Of a stretch of 16,151 nucleotides of DNA, positions 1 through 8,788 are shown piece by piece. The notes beneath the pieces were generated by a model, which was not told where the DNA came from, made no database searches, and worked only from the letters and a program-made list of their open reading frames with translations. Made by a program: the position numbers and the translations under genes. The number at the start of each line of letters is the position of its first letter. The stretch's first letter is position 1. The DNA is taken from the NCBI GenBank assembly GCA_040752415.1, contig JBFMGU010000245.1, forward strand, positions 1 through 16,151. The letters are read 5' to 3'. The stretch comes from Myxococcota bacterium (GTDB taxonomy: Bacteria > Myxococcota > JACRCW01).

Positions 1-1302
1 CGGGTTGCGCGGCTGTTTCTTGCTGGGCGGCGGCGTGGGGTCTTCCGGCTGCGAGGGAGCGGCCTCGGGCGGCTTGTCGGCGGGCGGGGTGGGTTGCGGC
101 TGCTGCTTGGAGGAACCGCCGAAGACCAGCACGCCCACGGTGGTGAGCAACACCAGCACGCCGGCGACAATGGCGATGAGCTTGACCGGCAGCTTCTTCT
201 GCCCGGCGGGGCGCACGCCCACGCGGCCGGTCACCATGCTGGTGGGGTCGTTCTGCGCAAAGCCGTCCGCGTCGGGGCCCTCGTCGCGGCTCATGCGCTC
301 GATGTCGGCGGCGCTCAGCTCAAAGCGCTCTCCTGCCTCCACGAAGCGCAGCTTGACGTGGCCCAGCTCGATGATGTCGCCCTTGCGCAGGTCAATGCGC
401 GCGTACTCCTCACCGTTGACCAGCACGCCGTTGGCGCTCTTGAGGTCCACCACCGTGTAGCGGCCACCCTCCCGCACGATCTTGGCGTGGTTGCGGCTGA
501 CGGAGCGGTGGTCGATCTGGAGGTCATTGTCCTCGGTGCGGCCAATGACGGTCTCATCCTTGGTGAGGTTGAAGGCCCGCCCCGCCAGCGACGTGGAGAC
601 CACCACCAGGCGCGGATACTGCGTCTCCGGGCCGGCCTGGGCGTTGAGCTGGGAGGTGCGGATGATGGCCGTGGGCTCGGGACGGGGCGCCGTGTCCAGG
701 TGCGGCTCGGTGCCGCCCATCATGGACGGGTCCGGTGCGCCGTCCTGGGTGATGTCCATGCGCAGCGGACCGCCCATGGGCATGCTGTCCAGGTGCGGCT
801 CGGTGGGGGCGTAGCCCAGGTCGCCGTGCGCGGCGTGTGACGCCGGCTCTGGCGAATGGTGGTGCGCGGGCGGAGCCAGGGTGACCTGGGCGGTGACCTC
901 CTCGCGCGCGGAGTCCGCGCCGTTCCCGCCCAGCGAGCCCAGCGCCACCCGCTGCGTGGCCTCGTCGGAGGACGGGCTGCTGGTGGCCAGCCCCGGCGCG
1001 TCGCTGCCGTCCATCTGCACGGCAAGGTGGTAGTCGCCGATCTCGATGAGGTCGCCCTCACGGATGCCCACCGGGGTCTTCACCTCGATGCGGTCTCCGT
1101 TGACGCGGATGCCGTTATAGGAATCCAGGTCCTCCACGTAGACCATGCTGTTCTGCGTGAAGAGGCGGGCGTGCTGACGGGAGATGTTCCGCTCCGTCAA
1201 GCGGATGTTGTTCCCCTCCTTGCGGCCAAGGGTGATCTCGTCGCGCGTGATCGGGACGACGGTCGTCTTTCCTTCGTCGTCCTCGATGATGAGCTTGTAC
1301 AT
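1..1302 (-). CDS. Double-FHA-domain membrane protein (3' end runs off the window)
   Basis: Hand-translated from ATG at 1302, open to base 1 (434 codons); absent from the ORF track. FHA1: ITLGRKEGNNIRLTERNISRQHA...DLDSYNGIRVNG; FHA2: TVIGRTEDNDLQIDHRSVSRNHA...DLKSANGVLVNG (GR, SxxH and NG motifs in both). TM helix LIAIVAGVLVLLTTVGVLVF, followed by a Pro-rich linker. Confidence 0.92.
   Translation of the reverse strand, partial: MYKLIIEDDEGKTTVVPITRDEITLGRKEGNNIRLTERNISRQHARLFTQNSMVYVEDLDSYNGIRVNGDRIEVKTPVGIREGDLIEIGDYHLAVQMDGSDAPGLATSSPSSDEATQRVALGSLGGNGADSAREEVTAQVTLAPPAHHHSPEPASHAAHGDLGYAPTEPHLDSMPMGGPLRMDITQDGAPDPSMMGGTEPHLDTAPRPEPTAIIRTSQLNAQAGPETQYPRLVVVSTSLAGRAFNLTKDETVIGRTEDNDLQIDHRSVSRNHAKIVREGGRYTVVDLKSANGVLVNGEEYARIDLRKGDIIELGHVKLRFVEAGERFELSAADIERMSRDEGPDADGFAQNDPTSMVTGRVGVRPAGQKKLPVKLIAIVAGVLVLLTTVGVLVFGGSSKQQPQPTPPADKPPEAAPSQPEDPTPPPSKKQPRNP
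693..805. repeat. 20-bp direct repeat TGTCCAGGTGCGGCTCGGTG (693-712 and 786-805) encoding TEPHLD twice in the FHA linker
   Basis: Two exact copies 93 bp (31 codons) apart. Confidence 0.9.
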
Positions 1303-1436
1303 GGCGAGAGCACCACTCCGAACCGGTGTGAGGGCTACCACAGCGCAGAAGACCCCCACAAGGCAAGCCCCGGCGCTGGGGGGAGACAAAACAGCTTGGA
1401 ACACGCGGAGTTATCGCCCGCGGTCCCGTCCACGGA

Positions 1437-2819
1437 TCAGCGTCTGGACATGTCGGTCCCCCCGTTTGAGGTGCGGGCGAAAATCTGCCAGGCGCGGAGG
1501 TACTCCCAGGCCGTGCGCAGCTGGGCGTCCTTGAGCGCGGGCGCCGTGGCGGGTGTGGGCTCCGTGGTGTTGCGCAGGTGGCGCTGCAGGTCCCTCTCCC
1601 GCAGGGGCGCGCCGTTGGTCTGGGCGGGCTTGTCGCCGTCGCCCTCCGGGAGCGTGCCGGCCTCCACGTGGACATCCGGGGTGATGCCGCGCTCCTGGAT
1701 GGAGCGGCCCCTGGGCGTGAAGTAGCGCGCCACGGTGAGCTTCAGCCCGCTGCCGTCCTCCAGCTCCATGATGGTCTGGACGCTGCCCTTGCCAAAGGTC
1801 TGGGTGCCCATGATGAGCGCGCGGCCGTGGTCCTGCAGCGCCCCGGCCACAATCTCCGACGCACTGGCGGTCCCCTCATTGACCAGCACGATGATGGGGT
1901 AGTTCGGCTGGGTGTCCTTGGGATGCGCGCGCTGCCGGTTGAGCTGCTTGCGCCCGCGTCCCTCGGTGGTGACGATGTCCCCCTCGGCGAGGAAGAGGTC
2001 CGCCACGCGCACGGCCTCCTCAAGCAGCCCGCCGGGGTTGTTGCGCAGATCCAGGATGAGGCCGCGCAGCTCCGGGGCGCCCTTGGCCGCGGATTGGGCC
2101 TGCGCCTGCTCCAGGGCCACCTGCAGGTCGCGACCCACGCGCTCGTTGAAGCCCTTGATCCGCACGTGGGCGAGGCCGGGCTCCAGCAGCTTCCCCTCGA
2201 CGCTGACCAGCTTCACGCGCTCCCGGATCAGCGCCACGTCCTTGGGTTCCACCCAGCCCTGGCGCATCACGCGCAGCACCACCTTGGTGCCAGCCATGCC
2301 GCGGAGCATCTTCCAGGCGTCGTGGAGGCGGGTGCCGGTGAGGGCCTGTCCGTCGACGGCGAGGAGCTTGTCCCCCGCCTCCATCCCCGCGCGCGCCGCC
2401 GGTGCGCCTTCGATGGGCGCCACCACGACGATGGCCCCGTCCTTCTCCTCGATCTCCAGGCCCAGCCCGCCAAACTCCCCGGCGGTGTCCTCCTTGAGCT
2501 TCTTGAACTCTTCCGGCGGCATGAACGCGGTGTGGGGATCCAGCGTCTCCAGCATGCCGCGCACCGCGCCGTGCACCAGCTGCTCCTCCGGCACCTCCTC
2601 CACGTAGGACTGCTGCACGTAGGAGAGCACCTGCGTGAAGATGCGGAGCTTGCGCCAGGTGGCGTCGGCCTCGCGCGCCAGCGCGGGGGCCACGGAGAAC
2701 AGCAGCCCGCCGAGCGCAAAGGCACCCAGGAGCTGGAGCACGCCGCGGTGGCGGGACGGTGGGGGAGGGGTGGGCAGGTGCTTCTCCAAGGCGGGGGGCA
2801 GCTTAACCCCCGTTGCCAC
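1437..2819 (-). CDS. ctpA: Carboxyl-terminal processing protease, S41A family (PDZ + peptidase)
   Basis: PDZ entry GEFGGLGLEI; LDLRNNPGGLL; catalytic Ser motif TASASE; Lys motif TFGKGSVQ; signal-like segment LLGAFALGGLLFSVAPALA. GTG start is uncertain and overlaps the end of lpxK by 17 nt. Confidence 0.95.
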   Translation of the reverse strand: MATGVKLPPALEKHLPTPPPPSRHRGVLQLLGAFALGGLLFSVAPALAREADATWRKLRIFTQVLSYVQQSYVEEVPEEQLVHGAVRGMLETLDPHTAFMPPEEFKKLKEDTAGEFGGLGLEIEEKDGAIVVVAPIEGAPAARAGMEAGDKLLAVDGQALTGTRLHDAWKMLRGMAGTKVVLRVMRQGWVEPKDVALIRERVKLVSVEGKLLEPGLAHVRIKGFNERVGRDLQVALEQAQAQSAAKGAPELRGLILDLRNNPGGLLEEAVRVADLFLAEGDIVTTEGRGRKQLNRQRAHPKDTQPNYPIIVLVNEGTASASEIVAGALQDHGRALIMGTQTFGKGSVQTIMELEDGSGLKLTVARYFTPRGRSIQERGITPDVHVEAGTLPEGDGDKPAQTNGAPLRERDLQRHLRNTTEPTPATAPALKDAQLRTAWEYLRAWQIFARTSNGGTDMSRR

Positions 2820-3909
2820 CCTGAGGCCAAAGGATGGACCACAGCCGCGCGGTGGCCTCGGGGGCGTGGAAGGTCAACGCCGCGGCCAAGCTCCACACCG
2901 GCACCGGCAGCAGCGGGGGCGCAAGCAGCTTCACCGCGTCCTTCTCCGTCACCACCACCGCCGTGGCGCCATGCCGGCGCACCCGCTCCGCCACCTCCCG
3001 CCAGCGTTCCGCGCCGACGGGCGCGTGATCCGGCACCGCCACCAGCTCCGCCACCTCCGCGCCGCACTCCCGCAGCGTCTCCGCCAGGGCTCCGGGTCGG
3101 CCGATGCCCGCCAGCGCCACCACCCTGGCGCCGTGCAGCCGCTGCAGTGAGAGCGCTTCTCCCGACGGCACCACGCTCAGCCCGCTCGGCGTGAGCGCGG
3201 CCGTCCAGACCCGCTCCCGCGACACTCCGGCCCGCAGGATCTCCTCGGGAATCACGCCGGGGGAGGCGCCCAGCACCACCACCGCGTCGGCGCGACGCAG
3301 CGCGGAAGCCGGCTCACGCAGCGGCCCGGCCGGGAGCAGCTGCGCGTTGCCAAAGGGATGCGGCGCACGCACCACCGCCACCAGGGCGTCCTTGCGCAGC
3401 CTGTGGTGCTGCATGCCGTCGTCCAGGAGCAGGAGCTGGGCACCGCCTTCCCGCACCGCACGCTCCGCCAGCGCCGCGCGGTCCGGGCCGGCGTAGACCT
3501 GCACGTCGGGGAGGGCCTGGGCCAGGAGACGGGGCTCGTCGCCGCAGCGGTGCGCGTCCGCCAGGCTTCCGTCGGGCTGGCGCACGCGCACGCCGGTGGG
3601 GTCGATGGTTGCGCCGTAGCCGCGGCTGAGGATGGCGGTCTTCACGCCGTGCGAGATGGCCAGCTGCGCCAGCGCGCGAACCACCGGCGTCTTGCCCGCG
3701 CCGCCCGCCACCACGTTGCCCACCGCCACCACGCGCGCCGGAGCGGCGAGAGCACGGAGCACGCCGGCATCGTAGAGACCGCGGTGCAGCGCCGCGCCCG
3801 CGCGGTAGGCCAACGACAACGGGGACAGCGCCGCGCGCGCCAGCACGGTGCCCGCGGACGCCCGGGGGGCGTACCAGAGGGTCTCCGGGGTCCGGATGCG
3901 CGGCGCCAT
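2803..3909 (-). CDS. lpxK: Tetraacyldisaccharide 4'-kinase (lipid A biosynthesis)
   Basis: VGNVVAGGAGKTP Walker A, SRGYG, GDEPRLLA, LLDDGMQH, LLPAGPLRE, AGIGRP, PDH, TEKDAVKL. Start placed at ATG 3909 (MAPRIRTPETLWY) rather than at 4026. Confidence 0.96.
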   Translation of the reverse strand: MAPRIRTPETLWYAPRASAGTVLARAALSPLSLAYRAGAALHRGLYDAGVLRALAAPARVVAVGNVVAGGAGKTPVVRALAQLAISHGVKTAILSRGYGATIDPTGVRVRQPDGSLADAHRCGDEPRLLAQALPDVQVYAGPDRAALAERAVREGGAQLLLLDDGMQHHRLRKDALVAVVRAPHPFGNAQLLPAGPLREPASALRRADAVVVLGASPGVIPEEILRAGVSRERVWTAALTPSGLSVVPSGEALSLQRLHGARVVALAGIGRPGALAETLRECGAEVAELVAVPDHAPVGAERWREVAERVRRHGATAVVVTEKDAVKLLAPPLLPVPVWSLAAALTFHAPEATARLWSILWPQGGNGG

Positions 3910-4068
3910 CTGTGTTCCCACTACCGGACGTCGCGGGCGTGGCAAAAGCGTCATTTCGGCATGGGCTGTGGCTGGTGGGCCGCACCCGATCGGGTCCGGT
4001 GACACACGATCCGGGCTGTCAAGCAAGGCTGGGACGCGGAGTTCCGAGGGAAGACACGTCCGTTGGCG

Positions 4069-4085
4069 CTGGCATGGGTCTGGCT
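4069..4085 (+). promoter_or_regulatory. Candidate sigma54 (-24/-12) promoter
   Basis: CTGGCATGGGTCTGGCT: GG (4071-4072) and GC (4083-4084) are exactly 10 nt apart. The -24 box TGGCATG is close to consensus TGGCACG; the -12 box TGGCT has one mismatch to TTGCW. Confidence 0.5.
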
Positions 4086-4164
4086 AAGGGCAGGTGAGGG
4101 TGCCGCGACGAAGGCACCAACGACCAGCCAGAGGGCGCACGTCATGTCGACCACCACTGCTTCC

Positions 4165-4869
4165 ATGGGACTGCTTGCCGCCGCGGACGCGGCCTGTGAC
4201 GCGGCCGCCGCACGCGAGATCGATGCCGCTCGGGGACACCCGGGAAGGTTGCTGGCCGCGGCACGGCGACTGCGCGAGGCCCAGGCAGCGTTGGCGGCGG
4301 GCGCGGAGCACGCGCGGGAGAGCCTGGAGCGGGCCACGCTGCTGGAGGCGCAGTCGCTGGAGAAGGAAGACCAGTGCCGCCAGGAGGCCGACGACGCGAG
4401 ACTCCGCGGTGAGCGCGCGCTGGCCAAGAGCCTCCGTCGGACCGCGCGCCGTGCGGTGGACACGCGGGAGCGGGCGCAGAAGCTGAAGCAGCAGGCGATG
4501 GAGCGTCGGGATGGTTGCGCGGCGTTGGCGGACTACCTGGGCGACCGCGCCGAGAAGCTGGAGCTGGAGGGCCAGGAGGCGCTGGCGGCGCGCTGCACGC
4601 AGCTGGCGGGTCTCTCGGTGCGCGTCGACATCGGCTCCATCCGCAAGGCGGGTGGGGCGGCCGCGGGGCCGGCGTGTCGGGAGCGCGCGCGCACGACGGG
4701 AAACACGCTCTCCACGCTGGGCGCCATCCGCGTGGACTCCATTGCCGCGGAGAGCCGCGCGCTGGCCCTGGCCCTGCTGCGACAGCTCCTGGGACCGGAC
4801 CAGACGCTCCCCGCCACCGGGCTCCCGGAGCTGATCCTCGACGAGGAGGCCGACGCGGAAGCGGCCTGA
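4165..4869 (+). CDS. Helical protein, probable divergent PspA/IM30 (ESCRT-III superfamily) homolog
   Basis: 234 aa from MGLL (alternative ATG at 4144). Ala/Arg/Glu-rich coiled coil with Pro26, A75-x2-A78-x3-G82-x3-L86-A87 and C-terminal RVDSIAAESRA, matching the spacing of PspA landmarks as aligned by eye. Confidence 0.55.
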   Translation: MGLLAAADAACDAAAAREIDAARGHPGRLLAAARRLREAQAALAAGAEHARESLERATLLEAQSLEKEDQCRQEADDARLRGERALAKSLRRTARRAVDTRERAQKLKQQAMERRDGCAALADYLGDRAEKLELEGQEALAARCTQLAGLSVRVDIGSIRKAGGAAAGPACRERARTTGNTLSTLGAIRVDSIAAESRALALALLRQLLGPDQTLPATGLPELILDEEADAEAA

Positions 4870-5049
4870 AGCCGTGTCCGTGCGGAGATGACGGCGGCCA
4901 TCAGCCGGTATGTTTGCGCCACGGGTGGAGGGGCAGCGTTCGCGCGAATCGCGACCCGCGCGTTGCTCCTCGGTCCCCCTTCACCCGTGGTGTGAACATT
5001 CCGGCTGGTGGCCGCCGTTCTCGTCGGCGCGCCTGCCTGCTTTGCGCGC

Positions 5050-6063
5050 TCAGAACGGGCGCGGCCCGCACAGACCGCGCGAGCCCGCGTCGGCGTTGAA
5101 GCCCCAGCAGACCTGGCCTTCACCGCACGCGCCGGCGTCGCACGGGGCAGCGCAGATGGAGCCCGCGTCAAACGAGCCCGCCGAGAAGTGCGCGCACCGG
5201 CCACTGGCGCAGTCCAGGGGGCCCCCGCAGGTCTCGCCCTCGGGCTTGTCGTCGCGCAGGGGGATGCAGCGCTCCGTCTCCGAGCCTTCCAGCTCCGTGC
5301 AGCCGAGCCCGGCGGGGCAGTGGCGGTCGGGGCCGCACGGGGCCACGCACACGCCGCCCGCGTCGACGGCGTAGCAGTTCCCGCTCAGGCACTCCCCGGA
5401 GTTCCCGCAGACGTCACCGGCGCCCAGCAGCGGCAGACACGCCTGCCCGTTGTCCTCCTGCGTGATGCACACGCCGCCGTCAAAGCATCCGCCGCGACAG
5501 CTGCCCGCGCATTGCGTCCGCCCACCCCACGCCATGCACCGGCCCCCGGAGCACTCGCGCCCGTTGGTGCAATCCTCTCCTCCAGCGCGGCTGTCCAGCG
5601 GAGGGGTGCAGAACGCGCGCAGCGCCAGCGTGTTGTCGACGGAGCAGGTGGTGTTGGTCGGGCAGGTCTCATCCTCGGGGCAGGGGTCCACGCACACGCC
5701 CGCGTCGGCGCCGCCCAGGGACGCGCACGTCCCGCTCTGACACTGCCGGCTGCCCTGGCAGATGTTGCCGGTGGCCAGCTGGTCGACGATGGGCAGGCAC
5801 AGGAACGCGTTGTCCACGCGCGTGCAGGCGAAGTTGCGGTCGCAGGTGCGGTCGGCGCGACACTCGTCGCGGCAGGCGCGCGGCTCGTTGGGGAGGACGG
5901 GGCAGTGGCCGGAGAGGCAGTCGCTGTCCCGGCGACAGTCGTCGCCCGAGGTGCGGCCGGCGTCGGAGGCGCCCCCCGGCGGCTGCTGCGTGCACCCCAG
6001 CGCCGAAGCCAAGACAAAGACTACGCTGCAGGAGAAGGACGGACGGGAACGGGTGGCGACCAT
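5050..6063 (-). CDS. Cysteine-rich repeat lipoprotein
   Basis: Signal peptide with lipobox VVFVLASALG-C; five repeats beginning G-x2-C-x5-C-x2-G-x-C, each with 8 Cys. Confidence 0.85.
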   Translation of the reverse strand: MVATRSRPSFSCSVVFVLASALGCTQQPPGGASDAGRTSGDDCRRDSDCLSGHCPVLPNEPRACRDECRADRTCDRNFACTRVDNAFLCLPIVDQLATGNICQGSRQCQSGTCASLGGADAGVCVDPCPEDETCPTNTTCSVDNTLALRAFCTPPLDSRAGGEDCTNGRECSGGRCMAWGGRTQCAGSCRGGCFDGGVCITQEDNGQACLPLLGAGDVCGNSGECLSGNCYAVDAGGVCVAPCGPDRHCPAGLGCTELEGSETERCIPLRDDKPEGETCGGPLDCASGRCAHFSAGSFDAGSICAAPCDAGACGEGQVCWGFNADAGSRGLCGPRPF

Positions 6064-6133
6064 GGCCGCGGACTCTACCGCCCGCCCCCGGGGCGTTCCC
6101 ACTTTGCGGTCACGTTGGCGAGGAGAAGACAGA

Positions 6134-6258
6134 CGTCAGGGCCCCTGGACGTGGTGCCCAGGAGAGGACTTGAACCTCCATGGCTGTGAACCACACGGAC
6201 CTGAACCGTGCGCGTCTACCAATTCCGCCACCTGGGCAAAATCACAGGGGCCCTGACG
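6134..6258. repeat. 14-bp perfect inverted repeat flanking tRNA-Leu
   Basis: CGTCAGGGCCCCTG (6134-6147) and CAGGGGCCCTGACG (6245-6258) are exact reverse complements. Confidence 0.9.
6152..6237 (-). tRNA. tRNA-Leu (anticodon CAG)
   Basis: Minus strand reads GCCCAGGTGGCGGAATTGGTAGACGCGCACGGTTCAGGTCCGTGTGGTTCACAGCCATGGAGGTTCAAGTCCTCTCCTGGGCACCA: 7-bp acceptor stem, anticodon arm CACGG-TTCAGGT-CCGTG, long variable arm, TTCAA T-loop, encoded CCA. Confidence 0.97.
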
Positions 6259-6269
6259 AGTGGAGCGGC

Positions 6270-6298
6270 GTTCTAGGGGCTTGGGGTTGGGCCGTCAA
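6270..6298 (-). promoter_or_regulatory. Sigma70-type promoter for tRNA-Leu
   Basis: Minus strand: TTGACG (6298-6293), 17 nt, TAGAAC (6275-6270), then a GC-rich discriminator GCCGCT. Confidence 0.7.
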
Positions 6299-6306
6299 GT
6301 GAAACT

Positions 6307-8760
6307 TCACCCCTCCTTGAGCGTCACCACCGTCACCCCATCCCCGCCTTGATCTTCCGGCCCTTTCTGGAACGCGGCGACGTACGGGCTCTCCTTCAAC
6401 GCGGCGCGGATCGCCTTGCGCAGCGCGCCGGTGCCGTGGCCGTGGATCACCGTGAACGGTCCCGCGTCCACGCCGTAGGCCCGGTCCAGGAACGCCGTCA
6501 GGTGCTCCAGCGCGTCCTCGGCCCGCTCACCGCGGAGGTCCAGCGTGCGGGGAATGGCGTCGGGATCCCTGCGGTCCGCGGGGCGACGCGGCGCGCTCTC
6601 CACCACGTGCGGACGCGACACCGCCTCCGCCGCGGCCAGGTCCTTGGTGGGCACGCGCACGCGCATGGCACCGGCGGCAATCAACGCGTCGCGCGCGCCC
6701 AGCTCCACGATCTCCCCCTCGACGCCGAGCGAGATCACGAACACGCGCGCGCCCGCCTTGAGCTCCGCCGGCTTGCCGCGCTGCAGCGCCTCCGCCCGAC
6801 GTTCCTGCTGCTGGCGCTCCGCCAGGTTCTCCGCCATGGCCGAGACGCGACCCAGCGCGGCCTGCGCTTCCTTGATGGCCGCGGCGGCGCCGTCGCCGGA
6901 GCTGGCGCGTTGCAGCGCGGTGCGCGCCTTGTCCATCTCCTCCTCCAGCTGCCGACGCATGTGGCGGATCTCCATCAGGAGCCCCTCGCGTGCCTCGCGC
7001 TTGAGCGTGCGCTCGCGGTCGCGCAGGGAGCGGGCGCGGCTCTCCGCCTCGGTGCGGGCGTGCTCCAGCCGTTCGCGCTCGTCGGAGAGCTTGCGCAGCT
7101 CGTCCTCCAGCGCGGCCTGGCGGAGCGAGAGGTTCTTAAGCAGCGCCTCGAGATTGCGTCCCTGCTCACTGGCGAGCACACGCGCCCGCTCGATGATGTC
7201 GATGCCCAGGCCCAGCTGCGCGGCCATGTCCATGGCGCTGGAGGATCCGGGCGCGTCGTAGCTGAGGCGGTAGGTGGGCGCGTGCGTGGTGGCGTGCAGG
7301 CCCACCGAGGCGTTGCGGAACATCTGCCGCGCCTGCTCGTCGAGACCCAGGGCCTTGAGCCGCTCGAAGTGCGTGGTGGCCACCACCTGCGCGCCGGATG
7401 CCGCCAACGACTCCAGCAGCGCCTGCGCCAACGCCGCACCCTGGTCGGGGTCGGTGCCGGCCATGACCTCGTCCAGGACGCACAGGCAGCTGCCGCCTTC
7501 CGCGGTGCCCTTGCGCACGCCGTCCACCATGCGACGCACCGCCATCACGTGCCCGCCAAAGCTGGACAGCCCCTGCTCGATGGATTGCAGGTCGCCAATG
7601 ACGCTGAAGACGTGGTCGTAGAGGGGGACGTCACTCTCCGGGGCCGCGGGGATGGGGAGGCCGGCGCGCACCATCAACGTGGACAGGCCCACGCCCTTGA
7701 GCGCCACCGTCTTGCCGCCGGTGTTGGGACCCGTGATCACCAGCACCGCGGGCTGGCCCACCATGAGATCATTGGCCACCACCGTCGAGCGGTCGGCCGC
7801 CTCCAGCAGCAGGAGCGGGTGGCGGAACGCGCGGATGTGCAGCGTGCCCCCGGGGGGAGCCAGTCGCGGAACACTGCACTTCAGCTCCACGCCCAGGCGT
7901 GCCACCGCCACCGCCACGTCGAGCTCATGCAGCGCCTTGAGGTCCTCCGCAATCTCCGCGGCACGCGCGCCCACCTTGGCGCTCAGCGCCTTCAGGATGC
8001 GCAGCTCCTCCTCCTGCACGTCGGACGTGGCGCTCTTGAGGCGGTTGCCCAGGTCCACCACCTCCTGCGGCTCGATGAAGAACGTCTGGCTGGTCTGCGA
8101 CGTGTCATGCACGATGCCCGTCACGCGCCAGCGCTCATTGTGCTTCACCGGGACCACGAACCGTCCCTCACGCTGCGTGTGGTAGCGGTCCTGCAGGAGC
8201 CCCTGCGCATCCAGGTCCTTGACCAGCGCCTCCATGCGCGTGCTCAGCGTGTCCGCCAGCGCCGCCGCCTTCCGACGCAGATCCCCCATCGTGGCCGAGG
8301 CGTCGTCGGAGATGCGGCCAGAGGGCTCGAAGGAGCGGTCGATGGCGCGCACCACGTCGGCGTACTCACCGAACGCGTCCATGAGCGCGGCCACGCGCGG
8401 CGCCTGTTCCCTCCGGGCCACGCACCAGTTGGCGGCGCGCTCCCCGCTGGCCAGCGTCCCGGCAATCTCCATCAGGCGCAGCGGCTCCAGCACGCCGCCA
8501 CGCTCCGCCAGCCGCAACGGCTCCTCGATGGGGCGCACGTTGCCGAGCGAGGGCCACTCTCCCTCCAGCCCCAGCTCGATGAGCTCACCGTGGAGGGCCA
8601 GGGTCTCCGCCACGTCGTCACGGGTGGACAGCAGCGGGAGGGTGCGACAGCGCTCCTTGCCCGCCTCCGTCTGCGCTCGGGCGGCCAGGGCGTTGCGAAT
8701 CCGCGGGAACTCCAGGTCCACGAGGACCCGGTCATCAATCTGGGGAAGCATCTTGGGCAT
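6307..8760 (-). CDS. mutS2: MutS2 family ATPase with C-terminal Smr domain
   Basis: LEFPRI N-terminus, [27 protein letters not shown], Walker [17 protein letters not shown], Walker B CVLDE..GTDP, TTHF, long coiled coil, KOW-like segment, Smr LDLRG...[11 protein letters not shown]...GGDGVT; no MutS1 mismatch-binding domain. Confidence 0.96.
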   Translation of the reverse strand: MPKMLPQIDDRVLVDLEFPRIRNALAARAQTEAGKERCRTLPLLSTRDDVAETLALHGELIELGLEGEWPSLGNVRPIEEPLRLAERGGVLEPLRLMEIAGTLASGERAANWCVARREQAPRVAALMDAFGEYADVVRAIDRSFEPSGRISDDASATMGDLRRKAAALADTLSTRMEALVKDLDAQGLLQDRYHTQREGRFVVPVKHNERWRVTGIVHDTSQTSQTFFIEPQEVVDLGNRLKSATSDVQEEELRILKALSAKVGARAAEIAEDLKALHELDVAVAVARLGVELKCSVPRLAPPGGTLHIRAFRHPLLLLEAADRSTVVANDLMVGQPAVLVITGPNTGGKTVALKGVGLSTLMVRAGLPIPAAPESDVPLYDHVFSVIGDLQSIEQGLSSFGGHVMAVRRMVDGVRKGTAEGGSCLCVLDEVMAGTDPDQGAALAQALLESLAASGAQVVATTHFERLKALGLDEQARQMFRNASVGLHATTHAPTYRLSYDAPGSSSAMDMAAQLGLGIDIIERARVLASEQGRNLEALLKNLSLRQAALEDELRKLSDERERLEHARTEAESRARSLRDRERTLKREAREGLLMEIRHMRRQLEEEMDKARTALQRASSGDGAAAAIKEAQAALGRVSAMAENLAERQQQERRAEALQRGKPAELKAGARVFVISLGVEGEIVELGARDALIAAGAMRVRVPTKDLAAAEAVSRPHVVESAPRRPADRRDPDAIPRTLDLRGERAEDALEHLTAFLDRAYGVDAGPFTVIHGHGTGALRKAIRAALKESPYVAAFQKGPEDQGGDGVTVVTLKEG

Positions 8761-8788
8761 GGGACGAAGTGTCTTCTAACGACGGGAA

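Noticed and set aside
4869..6152. Genomic island integrated at the tRNA-Leu 3' end
   Set aside because: I found no duplicate of the tRNA 3' end and no integrase; core genes resume within about 2.3 kb.
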